Virus genome (UHGV): UHGV-1550212
Direction: 5' to 3' (one strand)
Length of the DNA: 64,000 bases
From: a virus
Part shown: positions 29,301-38,651 of the stretch, piece after piece
Numbering within the stretch: position 1 is the stretch's first letter
Layout of the letters: the number at the start of each line of letters is the position of its first letter
The notes under the pieces: generated by a model
Seen by the model: only the letters and a program-made list of their open reading frames with translations
Databases searched by the model: none
What the model was told of the DNA's origin: nothing
Translations under genes and position numbers: made by a program

Positions 29301-30199
29301 TTAGATGAATCAAGCAATGCCGGCAATTTGACAGTATCGCCATCAATGTATGTCAGCAAGCCAAGCGCATCACCAGATACATATGCATCAATGAATGGCA
29401 AATGTGACAATGACATCGTTGGTGCCCACTCTGTCATTTGAGCATCTGACACATACAAGCCGACATATCGATGCTCACCTGGAGTGACATCTTCAAATTC
29501 AAATGACAAGTTGACAATTTGCGAGCATATCAGACCATTGTCTCGCCAAGCTTCTGACAACGCAGCATCAAAGTCATATGGCGACAATTCTGCGTCATCA
29601 ATGTTTGGCACACCAAGTGTAGCATCTTTATATTGCGCAGTGACTGCATCAAAGCCCCATACACGACTTTGCTGATTGCTGCTATGCGACACAAAACATG
29701 TTGCTTCAGACATTGATGCTTGATGTTTTGTCAACTCAGCAATGTCTTTCAATCGCCATTGATGCACAAGCACAGCATCTTTAATAAGTTCTTGCCAATT
29801 TGTCGCCATCAAATTATCTGAACGCAATACAACAAAGTATTGTGGCATAGACGTCTTTGACAGCAACAATGGTGCAAAATATCTGAACACATTGAGTCGC
29901 TTCGTATATCTGCAACCACATACATATGTCATGTCAAATTGTTTTGCAAGCTCATTGTTTTGCTGCATACCAACGAGTGTGCTTTGTTGCACATTGCAAA
30001 TCTTTGATATGCCCCACTTAAGACGAGACCACATTGCAGCAGCATTGTCTGCATATGAGCCTGCATTCGAGTCAAACTCAAGTGAACTTGAATTTGTAAG
30101 TGGCGCAAACTTGACTTTGCTATACATGTCTACAATGCATTGTACATCGCCAGACAGCAATGTATTTGTGCGAAACAGTGCTTTTGATTCGTGTATCAT
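26396..30199 (-). CDS. large hypothetical distal-tail/baseplate protein (1267 aa)
   Basis: Long ATG ORF immediately downstream of the tape-measure-like gene. Confidence 0.8.
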   Translation of the reverse strand: MIHESKALFRTNTLLSGDVQCIVDMYSKVKFAPLTNSSSLEFDSNAGSYADNAAAMWSRLKWGISKICNVQQSTLVGMQQNNELAKQFDMTYVCGCRYTKRLNVFRYFAPLLLSKTSMPQYFVVLRSDNLMATNWQELIKDAVLVHQWRLKDIAELTKHQASMSEATCFVSHSSNQQSRVWGFDAVTAQYKDATLGVPNIDDAELSPYDFDAALSEAWRDNGLICSQIVNLSFEFEDVTPGEHRYVGLYVSDAQMTEWAPTMSLSHLPFIDAYVSGDALGLLTYIDGDTVKLPALLDSSKLYAETVVASFSANDGLKPNTFTRKRTLDLELTGKMTPGEKFEIIVDGKVDVQVICQMKDAGIDGERLYAWEYGRTVDDNQFLFGLNWQESIDRFIEAFKNASAKSTYDYTVTVLPSSKYSAESNPRLRIETNCNSNDVNIEVLLPWSMYKKSTYSSQTVQFDAAVTVNNSLVISATMRQYLQTANALLLHLNDTDAIKVRIRQLMTLAEIDESLTSIDSLVVLVDDVLPDIAVKIAFDMLQIQAAQARLCKLHDVYDWSGFYESELRLTANTEFDIDAWATSMTATAEKSKRMQYVDAIAQHVKQLQGNSQPNAIKTLESKDSALIFSDSVYDRFDDLAVNDKDNKPNIRQCHFAAIEATDALNKQYRANNSIAFNCTGFAPYERLTGIALDSFNYSWFVEGSGCPDYVLQHQHAKLLCKSYATEAIDIKEFADTTIDVFDTKLTHKFAVTDKAVLEVPCYTYCYAKPDHITAFALFKGVEYSVSSSYVGWRFAVVRVDGDSIFECKPQLIINNKFKTLTVVLPFKVIDQSLVNLDGVLQTSAIDKSIYYDNSSIVALDDNKIAQVDVAFNCYPLSKTVASFPYKGTTVDKPIVINDDGSIDIAIKVIALQNLFSIKDIFIVGTNVKLDITNWTSAVAYKTAVVQLFDVIEVNLLNDTEAIIWVKDIIPSIEYESGETYSWPRHMIQTELAVTFDNDVDAFIEGSVKPRILESMMTSIVMQVMPTMQTMIHRFAPIAFYNQRDAINALDGIAVMQKFMQQQIIDADPANASPTNKLLVNLTRYGTYCLPELTQVTQWSALANDDESLQHKVAFAQSSSVHLWALIDNEVLTVEQVISPLSTQLSRVWLDGTFEHIAGPTVFELCMFAAIMSIATTKTAELQLPDVAGAEQRLSLVAVLAKLLGDNAKSMQYANYLIAKLPQPTLTFYDVFTGQLIMPIALNRDSSNSYVTVQFEAQQGAARCIVEWQ

Positions 30200-30204
30200 G
30201 TCTC

Positions 30205-33200
30205 TTATTTGTGTACTTTTATGCCTGCGCCTTCAAGCAATTCGAAGATGTCAATCAATATCGACATTACAGGATTGTCTGGGTCATCTGCAAATTCTGC
30301 ATATTTATCAGCGCCTTCTATAGGATTGTCTGCTGTGCCAAGTTTAAGCATTGGTTGATTTGCAATAGATGGCGTAGGCATTGCATTCATTGAACTGAAC
30401 TCATTCTGTTCATAGTTCTTTTTCAAGAATGTATCAAGAGTATCAAACAGTTTCTTAAGCGACTGCACCAGCGGCCCTTCAATGGTTGCTGCAACTTGTT
30501 TGAGTCCTGCAATCATTTCTTGTGATTGCAATGATTTATATTGAATGTCGAGCTTTGTCAGTTTTTCGAAGTTGAGTGAATTGATTGCAGTTTGAATGTT
30601 CTCAATGTTTGTTGCAGTAGATTGCAGTTCTTTATTGCGCTTGTCAAGGTTGCCATCAGCAAGAACATCAAAGAATGCGTCAAGAGATTTACCAACTGTT
30701 TGCACTCTATATGTGTTAATGCCTTGCATGCCATCAAACATTGATACGATAGCGCCTACTGCAGCTTTTGCTGTTGGTGCAAATGTCTTTTCAATGTAAT
30801 TGACATCAAGTTTTTGTTGCGAGAAGCCTGTTATGAGATTGACAAGTGGGTCAAGTATTGTGCCAATTCCATCAAAGCCAGCTTTTGCTTGTCGCATACG
30901 CTTCTTGAAATCTTCACGTTCAGCTGCGTTTATGCAAGCATTTACAAGAGAATCAATGACTGATTCAAGGCCTACACCAACTTTTGGCAATGCTTCAGAC
31001 AAATCAATTGTGCCGACAACTACGAGTTCACCATTTCGAGCTTCATATTTTGGGAACACAAGAGTCGCCATGCCCTTAATGCCCTCTGACAATTGATATA
31101 TGAGATTGCCAAGACCTGACAGCGCGTTGATTGCTTTCTTAGCGCCCTTTGCTTTGTCTTCAACGCCATCAAGAGCATTGACCATGACCTCAATGAATGT
31201 CGCAAGATTATTGCCAATGCTTACAAGTTCAGCGTCAGTCAAATTAACTTCTGACATTGTTTTGATTGTCTTTGCAAAGCTAAGCATCGACAAGCCAACA
31301 GCGCCAAGTGCTGCAGCGCCAGCAAGCGTAAATGGTAATGTGAATGGGTTGCCTGTCACAGTAGCAACGCCTACAAGAGCTGCAACAGTGCCAGCAATTG
31401 ATGCAACATCAAGGTCTTTGACTGCCTGCATCTTTTCAAGTGCAGCCGCAAAAACATATGTTGCTGCACCAGTAGCAGCCATTGCAGCTGCACCAAGCAA
31501 TGCAAGTGGACCAACCAAGCCAAGCGCAGTTGCTGCAGCAGTTACAGTAACTACAAATGCACCAAGTGCAAGCATTGTAGTGCCATCAACAGATTGAGCT
31601 TTGACAAGAGCGTTTGCATACATTGTAGTGCCGACTGCAGATAATACAAGTGCAGCGCCACCAAGCAATGCAGTCGCGCCCATATTGCCCAGAATTGCGA
31701 TTGCGCCAACATTTGCTGCAATAAACAAGCCCATCATGACAGCAGTCTCACCATCAACAGCATTTGCAATCAACAATGCGCCAGCAAGCAATGCAACGCC
31801 AACTGAGGTAATTATAAGCGCACCAGCAGCCATAAGCGGCGAGCCCTTGCTTGATAGAGCCATCAATGCTGCAAGTGCACCAGTTACAACTGCAAGCGCT
31901 GCACCAGCTTTACCCATGTCTTCCCAATCAAGCAGTTTGTAGGGCAACATTGCAATGCCAAGAATGCCAACTGCTGCAGCCATCACAATAACACCAGTAG
32001 CAATTGATAGCACTTGTTTGCTATCTTTTGCTACTCTTGTCATAACTGCAAATATCGTAGCAAGCACACCAATCCCAAGTGCAGCCTTGCCCATGTCTTC
32101 CCACTCAACAATTCGCCAAGCAAATATGCCAAGTGCAAGTGCACCAACCGCTGCAGCCATAGCAAGCACGCCTACACCAAGCTTTTGCATATCGCCATCT
32201 TTGCCAGCAAGACGATTTGCACCAGCCATTGCCAATGCAAGTGTAGTAATTGTTATTGCAGGCGCAAATGCATATGTGTAATCAGGTATGAGTTCATGCC
32301 AAGCCCAAATTGACAATGCAAGCACCGCTATTGAACCTGCAATCATCATCATTTGAGCACCGATGCCACCCTTAAGATTTGAGCCCTCTGTCTGCATTTT
32401 GCTGAATGCATCAGCATTGCCAGATAGCTTCATACCAAGGCCTGCACCTGCAGATGATATGCCATTTGCAAAGCCGATTGCAAGACCCAATGCAACAATG
32501 ACACCAAAGATTAAGCCAACAGATTCCCAGCTTGCTTCCATCAATTCACCTGCAGCAACCACTGCAAGCACAAACAGAGCAATTGAGCCTGATAGCATCA
32601 GCATTTCTTTGCCCACTGCATTCTGCTGTCCTTTCTTGCCGCCTGAACCAAACAGCGATTCACCAGACAATGCTTTGCCAAGCACCCATATTGCTCCACT
32701 GACAGCAAGCAAAGCAACTGAACCCATAACAACACCACTCCATGATACATTGCTAAATAGCATCATTGACAATGCGACCATGCTAAGCGCGCCTGCAATC
32801 ATCATGACATTCTTTGCACCAGCTGATGCATCTTTGTCAGTGATTTTGCCAATTGCCCAATATGCTGCAATGAATGTCAATGTGCCAAGCGTGAACATTC
32901 CAAGAGCTTCAAATGTCACAAGTTGACCAAATGACCATATTGTAAGACCCACAAGAGCAATTGCTGCAGCAGCTTTCATGACAACCTCTGTCGTTCTATC
33001 AAGAGATGCCACAAGTGATTCAACTTGGCTGACCATGTCAGCCACTGCAGTCATTGACTCTTTATGAGATTTCAGAGTTTCAGCAGCTTTCAAATACGAA
33101 TCGACAAGCTTATTCAAGGCAGCCTCAAATCTTGGAGCAGCCTTTTCAAGCCTGTCGACAATCAAATCGATAGCTTCAAGACCGCTTTCAAGCTGCAATC

Positions 33201-33918
33201 GTTTGACAGGCGACATATTTGTCAAAGAGTCAATGATTGTTGCAAAAGCAGTAGCTATCGTGCCCATTTTTGGGTCAATGTTGGGCGCATTGCTTGCATT
33301 GGCCTTGCTGTTTGCGATTGAGTCTTTTTCTTGACGTTCTGCAATGACGTCTGCAAATGTTGTCAGGTCATCAAGTTTTGATGACATCAATGCAAAGATG
33401 TTGCGTTGATTTTCCTCGATAACTTCAAGATAGACTCTTACAAGGTCACAATGTTGTGTAAATTCAGTATGTTGTGATTCAACATGCTCTGCAATCACAT
33501 CAAGCAAAACAGAAGCATCTGATATGTTTGTTGCAGCAGCTTTGTTTTCAATATGCTCTGCAATGATTTCAAGCAATGCGTTTGTGTCAGACAATAATGC
33601 AGATACTGATGTTGCTGAAGATGATTCGTCTGTTTGCAGTTCAGATATGATTTGAGCAAGACCTGCAAACATATTTGTTTCTGCACTCGAATCTTTTTCT
33701 TTCCATGATTGATACAAAACTGCACCAACAGTTGAGCACAATGACGCAACAATAGTGTCGTTGCCAACAATTGACATGAAAGTGTTTTCAAGCTTTGTCA
33801 GCTCATCATCACTGACATCAGTCGAAGATGCTGACGACGTGTCAGCATCTTCGAACTCTTGCCAGTTTGTTGGCTTGTCGCCTGTAGAATCGTAGACGTT
33901 TGTTTTGTCTTCAGCCAT
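30205..33918 (-). CDS. tape-measure-like protein (1237 aa)
   Basis: Helical N- and C-terminal regions flank about 20 Ala/Gly-rich hydrophobic helices with an internal duplication (...WEDMGKA... occurs twice). Size and position fit a tape measure protein. Confidence 0.75.
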   Translation of the reverse strand: MAEDKTNVYDSTGDKPTNWQEFEDADTSSASSTDVSDDELTKLENTFMSIVGNDTIVASLCSTVGAVLYQSWKEKDSSAETNMFAGLAQIISELQTDESSSATSVSALLSDTNALLEIIAEHIENKAAATNISDASVLLDVIAEHVESQHTEFTQHCDLVRVYLEVIEENQRNIFALMSSKLDDLTTFADVIAERQEKDSIANSKANASNAPNIDPKMGTIATAFATIIDSLTNMSPVKRLQLESGLEAIDLIVDRLEKAAPRFEAALNKLVDSYLKAAETLKSHKESMTAVADMVSQVESLVASLDRTTEVVMKAAAAIALVGLTIWSFGQLVTFEALGMFTLGTLTFIAAYWAIGKITDKDASAGAKNVMMIAGALSMVALSMMLFSNVSWSGVVMGSVALLAVSGAIWVLGKALSGESLFGSGGKKGQQNAVGKEMLMLSGSIALFVLAVVAAGELMEASWESVGLIFGVIVALGLAIGFANGISSAGAGLGMKLSGNADAFSKMQTEGSNLKGGIGAQMMMIAGSIAVLALSIWAWHELIPDYTYAFAPAITITTLALAMAGANRLAGKDGDMQKLGVGVLAMAAAVGALALGIFAWRIVEWEDMGKAALGIGVLATIFAVMTRVAKDSKQVLSIATGVIVMAAAVGILGIAMLPYKLLDWEDMGKAGAALAVVTGALAALMALSSKGSPLMAAGALIITSVGVALLAGALLIANAVDGETAVMMGLFIAANVGAIAILGNMGATALLGGAALVLSAVGTTMYANALVKAQSVDGTTMLALGAFVVTVTAAATALGLVGPLALLGAAAMAATGAATYVFAAALEKMQAVKDLDVASIAGTVAALVGVATVTGNPFTLPFTLAGAAALGAVGLSMLSFAKTIKTMSEVNLTDAELVSIGNNLATFIEVMVNALDGVEDKAKGAKKAINALSGLGNLIYQLSEGIKGMATLVFPKYEARNGELVVVGTIDLSEALPKVGVGLESVIDSLVNACINAAEREDFKKRMRQAKAGFDGIGTILDPLVNLITGFSQQKLDVNYIEKTFAPTAKAAVGAIVSMFDGMQGINTYRVQTVGKSLDAFFDVLADGNLDKRNKELQSTATNIENIQTAINSLNFEKLTKLDIQYKSLQSQEMIAGLKQVAATIEGPLVQSLKKLFDTLDTFLKKNYEQNEFSSMNAMPTPSIANQPMLKLGTADNPIEGADKYAEFADDPDNPVMSILIDIFELLEGAGIKVHK

Positions 33919-33927
33919 AGTGTATCA

Positions 33928-34182
33928 TCAGAACTTTGGCAGTTCAAAATTATTGTTGAACTTTGGCATTGGCAGACTTGTCGGCATCATTGACTTTGCT
34001 TTGCGCATATATGCATCTTGTTGAGCCTTGATGCTTTTATGAGTACCGCTTTGTGAATCAGCATCGCCTTTTCGAGCTTCTTCTTCAGTTTTGATAAGCT
34101 CAAGAACATCATCCAGCAGCCATTGATATTCATAGTATGGCAATGCGTCCAATTCAGAAAACTGAAGAGGACATTTTTGCAT
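33928..34182 (-). CDS. hypothetical small protein (84 aa)
   Basis: ATG 34182 (MQKCPLQF...) follows the upstream stop at 34199. The tracked longer ORF overlaps the upstream gene. Confidence 0.5.
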   Translation of the reverse strand: MQKCPLQFSELDALPYYEYQWLLDDVLELIKTEEEARKGDADSQSGTHKSIKAQQDAYMRKAKSMMPTSLPMPKFNNNFELPKF

Positions 34183-34198
34183 GATGTATATGCGATTC

Positions 34199-35221
34199 TT
34201 ACAAAAGTTCCGATTCGAGATTTTGAACTGGTTGAAAAATCTGCTTGATTCCCTCTGGAAATCGAAACGGGGCTTCACCCTCCATGTGACACTTCGGGCA
34301 AGTGAACTTGATATTGTTAGATGCAAGAATCATGCACTTAGACAGAATCTTCAGCTTAAGCGGCAATTCTTTGAATGCATCCATTGCTTGGAACGACTGA
34401 CAAATTTGCTCAGCTTTCTTGACATTAAGACCTCGCCAATCAGGTGTAAGCCACTGAGCTGCAAGAATGTATGTCTTTGCGTTCATCAATGTGTCTTTGT
34501 CAAGTGTTCGCATGTACTCTGCAAAAACTTTGCCAACGCCGATTGTCGATGGCTTGAGTACAAGTTCGCCATACGAACGAGTTTGAACTCGATAGCAGCC
34601 GGTTTCAGAATCAATGTATTTGTCCATTGATTCATCGGGCTCATCCCAAGTCATATTGTCAGCAGTTAAGTCAAGCTTAAAATTATGCTTGCAAGTGCCT
34701 GATGAAATTTCCAGCGTAATCGGGTTTGTCAGCTCAGAGTTCTCAGGGAATGTGAGGTCGTGAATCAACATTATCAGGTACCACTTGTCGTGTTCGTATA
34801 TATCATCAACTGACCAATGATTCATGCCAGACTTGCTGACGCATCGAACGCATACCTTAACAATGTCGTTCAAATATGTTGCTGCTTCAGCTGGATTTGC
34901 ATTGTCATCAAGATTCGACCAGTGACGAATTTCACCTGCTCGACATGCTCGATAGATAATTTGCAAATCACTTGGGTACAGTCGACCTTGCTTAGCAAGC
35001 TTCGTCATGTCAACATTGAACCAGCCAGTGTCTGTAACTTCTGATTGACGTGCTCTTTCTGCAATACGCTCTTGAGCTACTTCAGTTGCAGCATCAATTG
35101 CGCTATCATTGACTCTTGTAGCTGCTTCAGCTTCTTCTACTACAGATGCAAGCGGATTGTTTCTACCCGCATTCTCACCGCCATCTGCTGGAATGACGAG
35201 ACGTTTCTTTTCTTGTGGCAT
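34199..35221 (-). CDS. hypothetical protein with C-terminal zinc-ribbon (340 aa)
   Basis: Starts at ATG 35221 (MPQEKKRLV...). Has a C-terminal FTCPKCHMEG motif. It is the first gene of the tail operon, divergent from the HE2/TerL region. Confidence 0.7.
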   Translation of the reverse strand: MPQEKKRLVIPADGGENAGRNNPLASVVEEAEAATRVNDSAIDAATEVAQERIAERARQSEVTDTGWFNVDMTKLAKQGRLYPSDLQIIYRACRAGEIRHWSNLDDNANPAEAATYLNDIVKVCVRCVSKSGMNHWSVDDIYEHDKWYLIMLIHDLTFPENSELTNPITLEISSGTCKHNFKLDLTADNMTWDEPDESMDKYIDSETGCYRVQTRSYGELVLKPSTIGVGKVFAEYMRTLDKDTLMNAKTYILAAQWLTPDWRGLNVKKAEQICQSFQAMDAFKELPLKLKILSKCMILASNNIKFTCPKCHMEGEAPFRFPEGIKQIFQPVQNLESELL

Positions 35222-35289
35222 ATTGTAATGTATTTGAATGGTTTTGAATATGTATTTGAGATGTGCACACATTGAAAATATCACACAAA

Positions 35290-36585
35290 CTATTGTTTGC
35301 GTTGTAATGTCAGTAGTCCACAGTCATATACAGGTAAAAATCCTGCAGCATTGTAGTCTTCTGCATGTGATATGTCATTGTCTATAAAATGCTCACCAGT
35401 TCGCATATTATGCCAATGACATTGTATAACATTGCTTACTAATTTATAGTCATCTACATATTTTGTAGGGTCTTCTTTTGACAAGTCTATTGTAATAACG
35501 TCGGCAGTTTTCAATTGTTCTGTGTCATCGATGATTGACTTTAGCAATGCGACAATTGTATCAGCGTCATCCCAATCCCAAATTGTGACGCATCGATAGC
35601 CTTGCGACATTGCTTTGCAACATTTGTCTGCATGACTATTTGCATGTCTATGCCAATTTGCTGCAGAGCGGCCTGTCATATACTCAAAGCTATACGCACT
35701 ATTATGCGTAAACGTTGGATTGATTTCAATTGCTATGTTCTCATAGCGTAAGTCATATGTAAATGATTCTATTTGCGGTTGCTCAAACTCAAATTGAACG
35801 TTAAGCGATTCTAACAAGTATCGTTGCCACCATTGATTTTGCTTAGATATGATGTGACCTTGCGCAAGTTTACAATGTGTAGTCATGCAATAATATGGCA
35901 CACCATAACGCATCATATTTGTACGTACAACTGCTTGTGTGCGTCGTTTTAAGTCACCGCCCCACTTGTTGCCATACCGTTCAAGCTTTGTTTGCGTTGC
36001 CAGTTGTATATTCACACATCCATTTGCTTTGCCATATCGTTCAAGTTTGACTTGCGTAATTTTGTCCATAGGCCCAAATGCATTACCAAATTGTGCAATC
36101 TTTGTAGCTTTCATTTTGTCAATATTGCCAACACCTTTGCTGCCAAATCGAACAAGCTTAGTGTCGCCAACTTTGCATTTAACATCATGCAATTGTGATA
36201 TGAATTCTACACCGTATTTGAGCAAGTTATTGATGCGACCATTATAACGCTGTTTAATGATGCCATGCGATGTTTTGCGTGGTGCATAACGAACAAATGG
36301 TGTATTAGCAAGTTCAGCATCTCGCAATTCTTCAAGTTCTTTTATTCGAGCTGCATGTTCAGATGCGTTATCATATTGCAACGCGCCAGCATGACGTTCA
36401 TATGGCAATCTTCCATGCTTACGTATGAAAGCAATTTTGTTTGCATATTGCACACGTATCTTACTATGTGTAGATACTCTTGCGCTTAATTTTGCATATG
36501 GCGTTTCTGCAATCAATTTATCACGTTCAGCTTCAAGTTCTTTTATTCGAGCTTCAAGAGCATCACCAGTTAGTCGTTCAGCCAT
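35290..36585 (-). CDS. freestanding homing-endonuclease-like protein, paralogue 2 (431 aa)
   Basis: The N-terminal LTGDALEARIKELEAERDKLIAETP module is duplicated internally (IKELEELRDAELANTPFVRYAPRKTSHG). It also has (K/E)RYG repeats and a YDLRYENIAIEINPTFTHNS core. Start ATG 36585. Confidence 0.75.
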   Translation of the reverse strand: MAERLTGDALEARIKELEAERDKLIAETPYAKLSARVSTHSKIRVQYANKIAFIRKHGRLPYERHAGALQYDNASEHAARIKELEELRDAELANTPFVRYAPRKTSHGIIKQRYNGRINNLLKYGVEFISQLHDVKCKVGDTKLVRFGSKGVGNIDKMKATKIAQFGNAFGPMDKITQVKLERYGKANGCVNIQLATQTKLERYGNKWGGDLKRRTQAVVRTNMMRYGVPYYCMTTHCKLAQGHIISKQNQWWQRYLLESLNVQFEFEQPQIESFTYDLRYENIAIEINPTFTHNSAYSFEYMTGRSAANWHRHANSHADKCCKAMSQGYRCVTIWDWDDADTIVALLKSIIDDTEQLKTADVITIDLSKEDPTKYVDDYKLVSNVIQCHWHNMRTGEHFIDNDISHAEDYNAAGFLPVYDCGLLTLQRKQ

Positions 36586-36615
36586 TGTGCATGAATGTTC
36601 AATATGTAAATTCAC

Positions 36616-36629
36616 TATATGTACATATA
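36616..36629. promoter_or_regulatory. perfect palindrome TATATGTACATATA, a candidate bidirectional late promoter between terL and HE paralogue 2
   Basis: It lies 24 nt upstream of terL ATG 36653 and 31 nt upstream of HE ATG 36585. The same core precedes many structural genes. Confidence 0.45.
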
Positions 36630-36652
36630 ACACGAATATTCAAGTTAGATGC

Positions 36653-38644
36653 ATGGCTGAAGTCAAGAATCAAGTGTTTAATCCAGTAGCACAATTCAAA
36701 TCTGCTGAAGAAAAAGAAGCTGCGAAAGTTATATGGTGCAGTGAATCAGTCGCAATGGCATATGATGCAGTTGACCAAGGCTTGCCACTTAGAGCAAATC
36801 CGTGGTTCTTTGGCAATATTGCACTGCGTAAGCCCGGATTGCTATACAGATACACTGACATAGAATTGCGTGAATGGCTTAGATGCAAGTATGACATATT
36901 ATATTTTGCTGACACATGGTGTCAGATTTTAACTCCAGATGGCACAAGAAAGCATTTTAATTTGAGACCATATCAACGCAAAATGCTGCGTGCATATCAA
37001 CGACAAAAGTATACGATAGTTCTTACTGGGCGACAAGTAGGCAAAACGGTCGTTACATCAGTATTTCTCGCTTGGGCAGTCATTTTCAATCGTGAGCTTA
37101 ACATAGCAGTACTTGGCGACCGCTTGGCAACATCAAGTGAAAACCTGAACAAAACAAAAGACATCATAAACAATCTGCCGTTCTTTATGAAGCCTGGTGT
37201 GTTTGTTTGGAATGGCGGAATGGTCGCATTTGACAATGGTTGCAAAATTATCACAGGTACTGCTCAAAAGTCATCACTTGTCGGTAAGACAATTCACATC
37301 TTATATCTTGATGAGCTCGCAATTCCACCTGCTCAGCAATCAAAGACTCTTGTAGATTATGCATTGCCAACAATTGCGTCATTGCCAACTGGCAAAGTTA
37401 TCGTAACATCTACGCCATCTGGTGATAATGTGTTCAAGACTTTGTGGCTTGGTGCAATTAACAAAACAAATGGCTTCTTTCCAATTCAAGTAAACTGGTG
37501 GGATATTCCTGGCCGTGATGAAAAGTGGAAAGCTGAGCAAATCGCAATTCTTGGTGAAGATGCTTTCAATGAGCAATACAACTGCGTGTTCTTGTCAGGT
37601 GCAACGTCAATTTTCAATTCAAGAGCAATTGATGATATTGCAAGACGACAGCAAAAGTATGAATTTGTTGCTGATGAGCGTCTTGAATCACTACTCAGAT
37701 TCTTCATTGCTGATTCAGATGTCGGCACTGAACCCGAGCCGCACTCATTTATGACTTGGCGTGCAGATATTGACCCAGCAACACTCAAAAATGAAACATG
37801 TATCATCAATATTGACATTGCTGAAGGTTTATCTGGCGACTTTTCTGTCATACATGTGCATCGTATAGTTGACATTACAAAAGATGTTGAACTTGAACTT
37901 GATGCAAGCAATCTGTATGATATGTTTGACGATGACAAAAAATCATTGTTTGCAAAAGCAGTTGAAATGCAACGTCAAATGTCAGCAACACAAGCTCAAG
38001 ATGATGACGATGATGACGATGACGACTGGTTTGGCGCAGACGATGATGTCGCTCAAGGCGTTGATGCATATCAAGATTATGCGAATGCTGCAGTAGAAGA
38101 GATTGGCTTATGGCGTTCAAATGTGACATCAATCAAAGTCATGGCTCTGTATTTGCAGTTCTTAATGACGTATGTGTTTGATGCAAACAAAACAAAGATT
38201 ATCTATGAACGCAACAAATATGGTGGAGAGTTTCGTTCATATTGTTTGTCTGAACGTGCACGCAATATTGCAATTGATGAAGAGAGCTTCGTAAGCTTCC
38301 AACGAACTCTTGGTTCAGAACAACTTGCACCAGGCTGTTCAATTACGCCTGGCACCAAACCAGTGTACGTAAGACAGCTCAAAGACCTTATTGAAACTGG
38401 CAAGATTCTTGAAAACAATGCAGATACGCAAAGAGAGCTTACATATTTTGGCGGTGTCAAAGGCAAGAATGGTCACGTGTCATATCAGGCGTCACCTGGC
38501 TTCCATGATGACATTGCAATGACTCTTGTATCTCTTGCAGCATTTATGGACACTCGATGCAATGACTGGCTTGAACTGCTTGATGTGTTCTACAATGGCA
38601 GCAGTCAAACAAGTTCTGATGATGACGATGATGACTGGATTTGA
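36653..38644 (+). CDS. terL: terminase large subunit (663 aa)
   Basis: Walker A is VLTGRQVGKT and Walker B is ILYLDELA, with a T4 gp17-like layout. ATG 36653 was chosen because the tracked 36425 start overlaps the opposite-strand HE gene. Confidence 0.9.
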   Translation: MAEVKNQVFNPVAQFKSAEEKEAAKVIWCSESVAMAYDAVDQGLPLRANPWFFGNIALRKPGLLYRYTDIELREWLRCKYDILYFADTWCQILTPDGTRKHFNLRPYQRKMLRAYQRQKYTIVLTGRQVGKTVVTSVFLAWAVIFNRELNIAVLGDRLATSSENLNKTKDIINNLPFFMKPGVFVWNGGMVAFDNGCKIITGTAQKSSLVGKTIHILYLDELAIPPAQQSKTLVDYALPTIASLPTGKVIVTSTPSGDNVFKTLWLGAINKTNGFFPIQVNWWDIPGRDEKWKAEQIAILGEDAFNEQYNCVFLSGATSIFNSRAIDDIARRQQKYEFVADERLESLLRFFIADSDVGTEPEPHSFMTWRADIDPATLKNETCIINIDIAEGLSGDFSVIHVHRIVDITKDVELELDASNLYDMFDDDKKSLFAKAVEMQRQMSATQAQDDDDDDDDDWFGADDDVAQGVDAYQDYANAAVEEIGLWRSNVTSIKVMALYLQFLMTYVFDANKTKIIYERNKYGGEFRSYCLSERARNIAIDEESFVSFQRTLGSEQLAPGCSITPGTKPVYVRQLKDLIETGKILENNADTQRELTYFGGVKGKNGHVSYQASPGFHDDIAMTLVSLAAFMDTRCNDWLELLDVFYNGSSQTSSDDDDDDWI

Positions 38645-38651
38645 TTTGTGA

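Noticed and set aside
33928-34326. Programmed frameshift (G/GT-type chaperone) upstream of the tape-measure-like gene, suggested by the overlapping ORF 33928-34326.
   Set aside because: The overlapping frame is +1 relative to the upstream gene, and I found no X-XXY-YYZ slippery heptamer in 34199-34326. A simple ATG at 34182, right after the upstream stop, explains the ORF.
36425-36652. N-terminal 76-aa extension of the terminase ORF in the track.
   Set aside because: It overlaps the 5' part of the opposite-strand HE-like gene and crosses the shared palindromic promoter. ATG 36653 (MAEVKNQ...) sits 24 nt after that motif and gives a normal TerL N-terminus.
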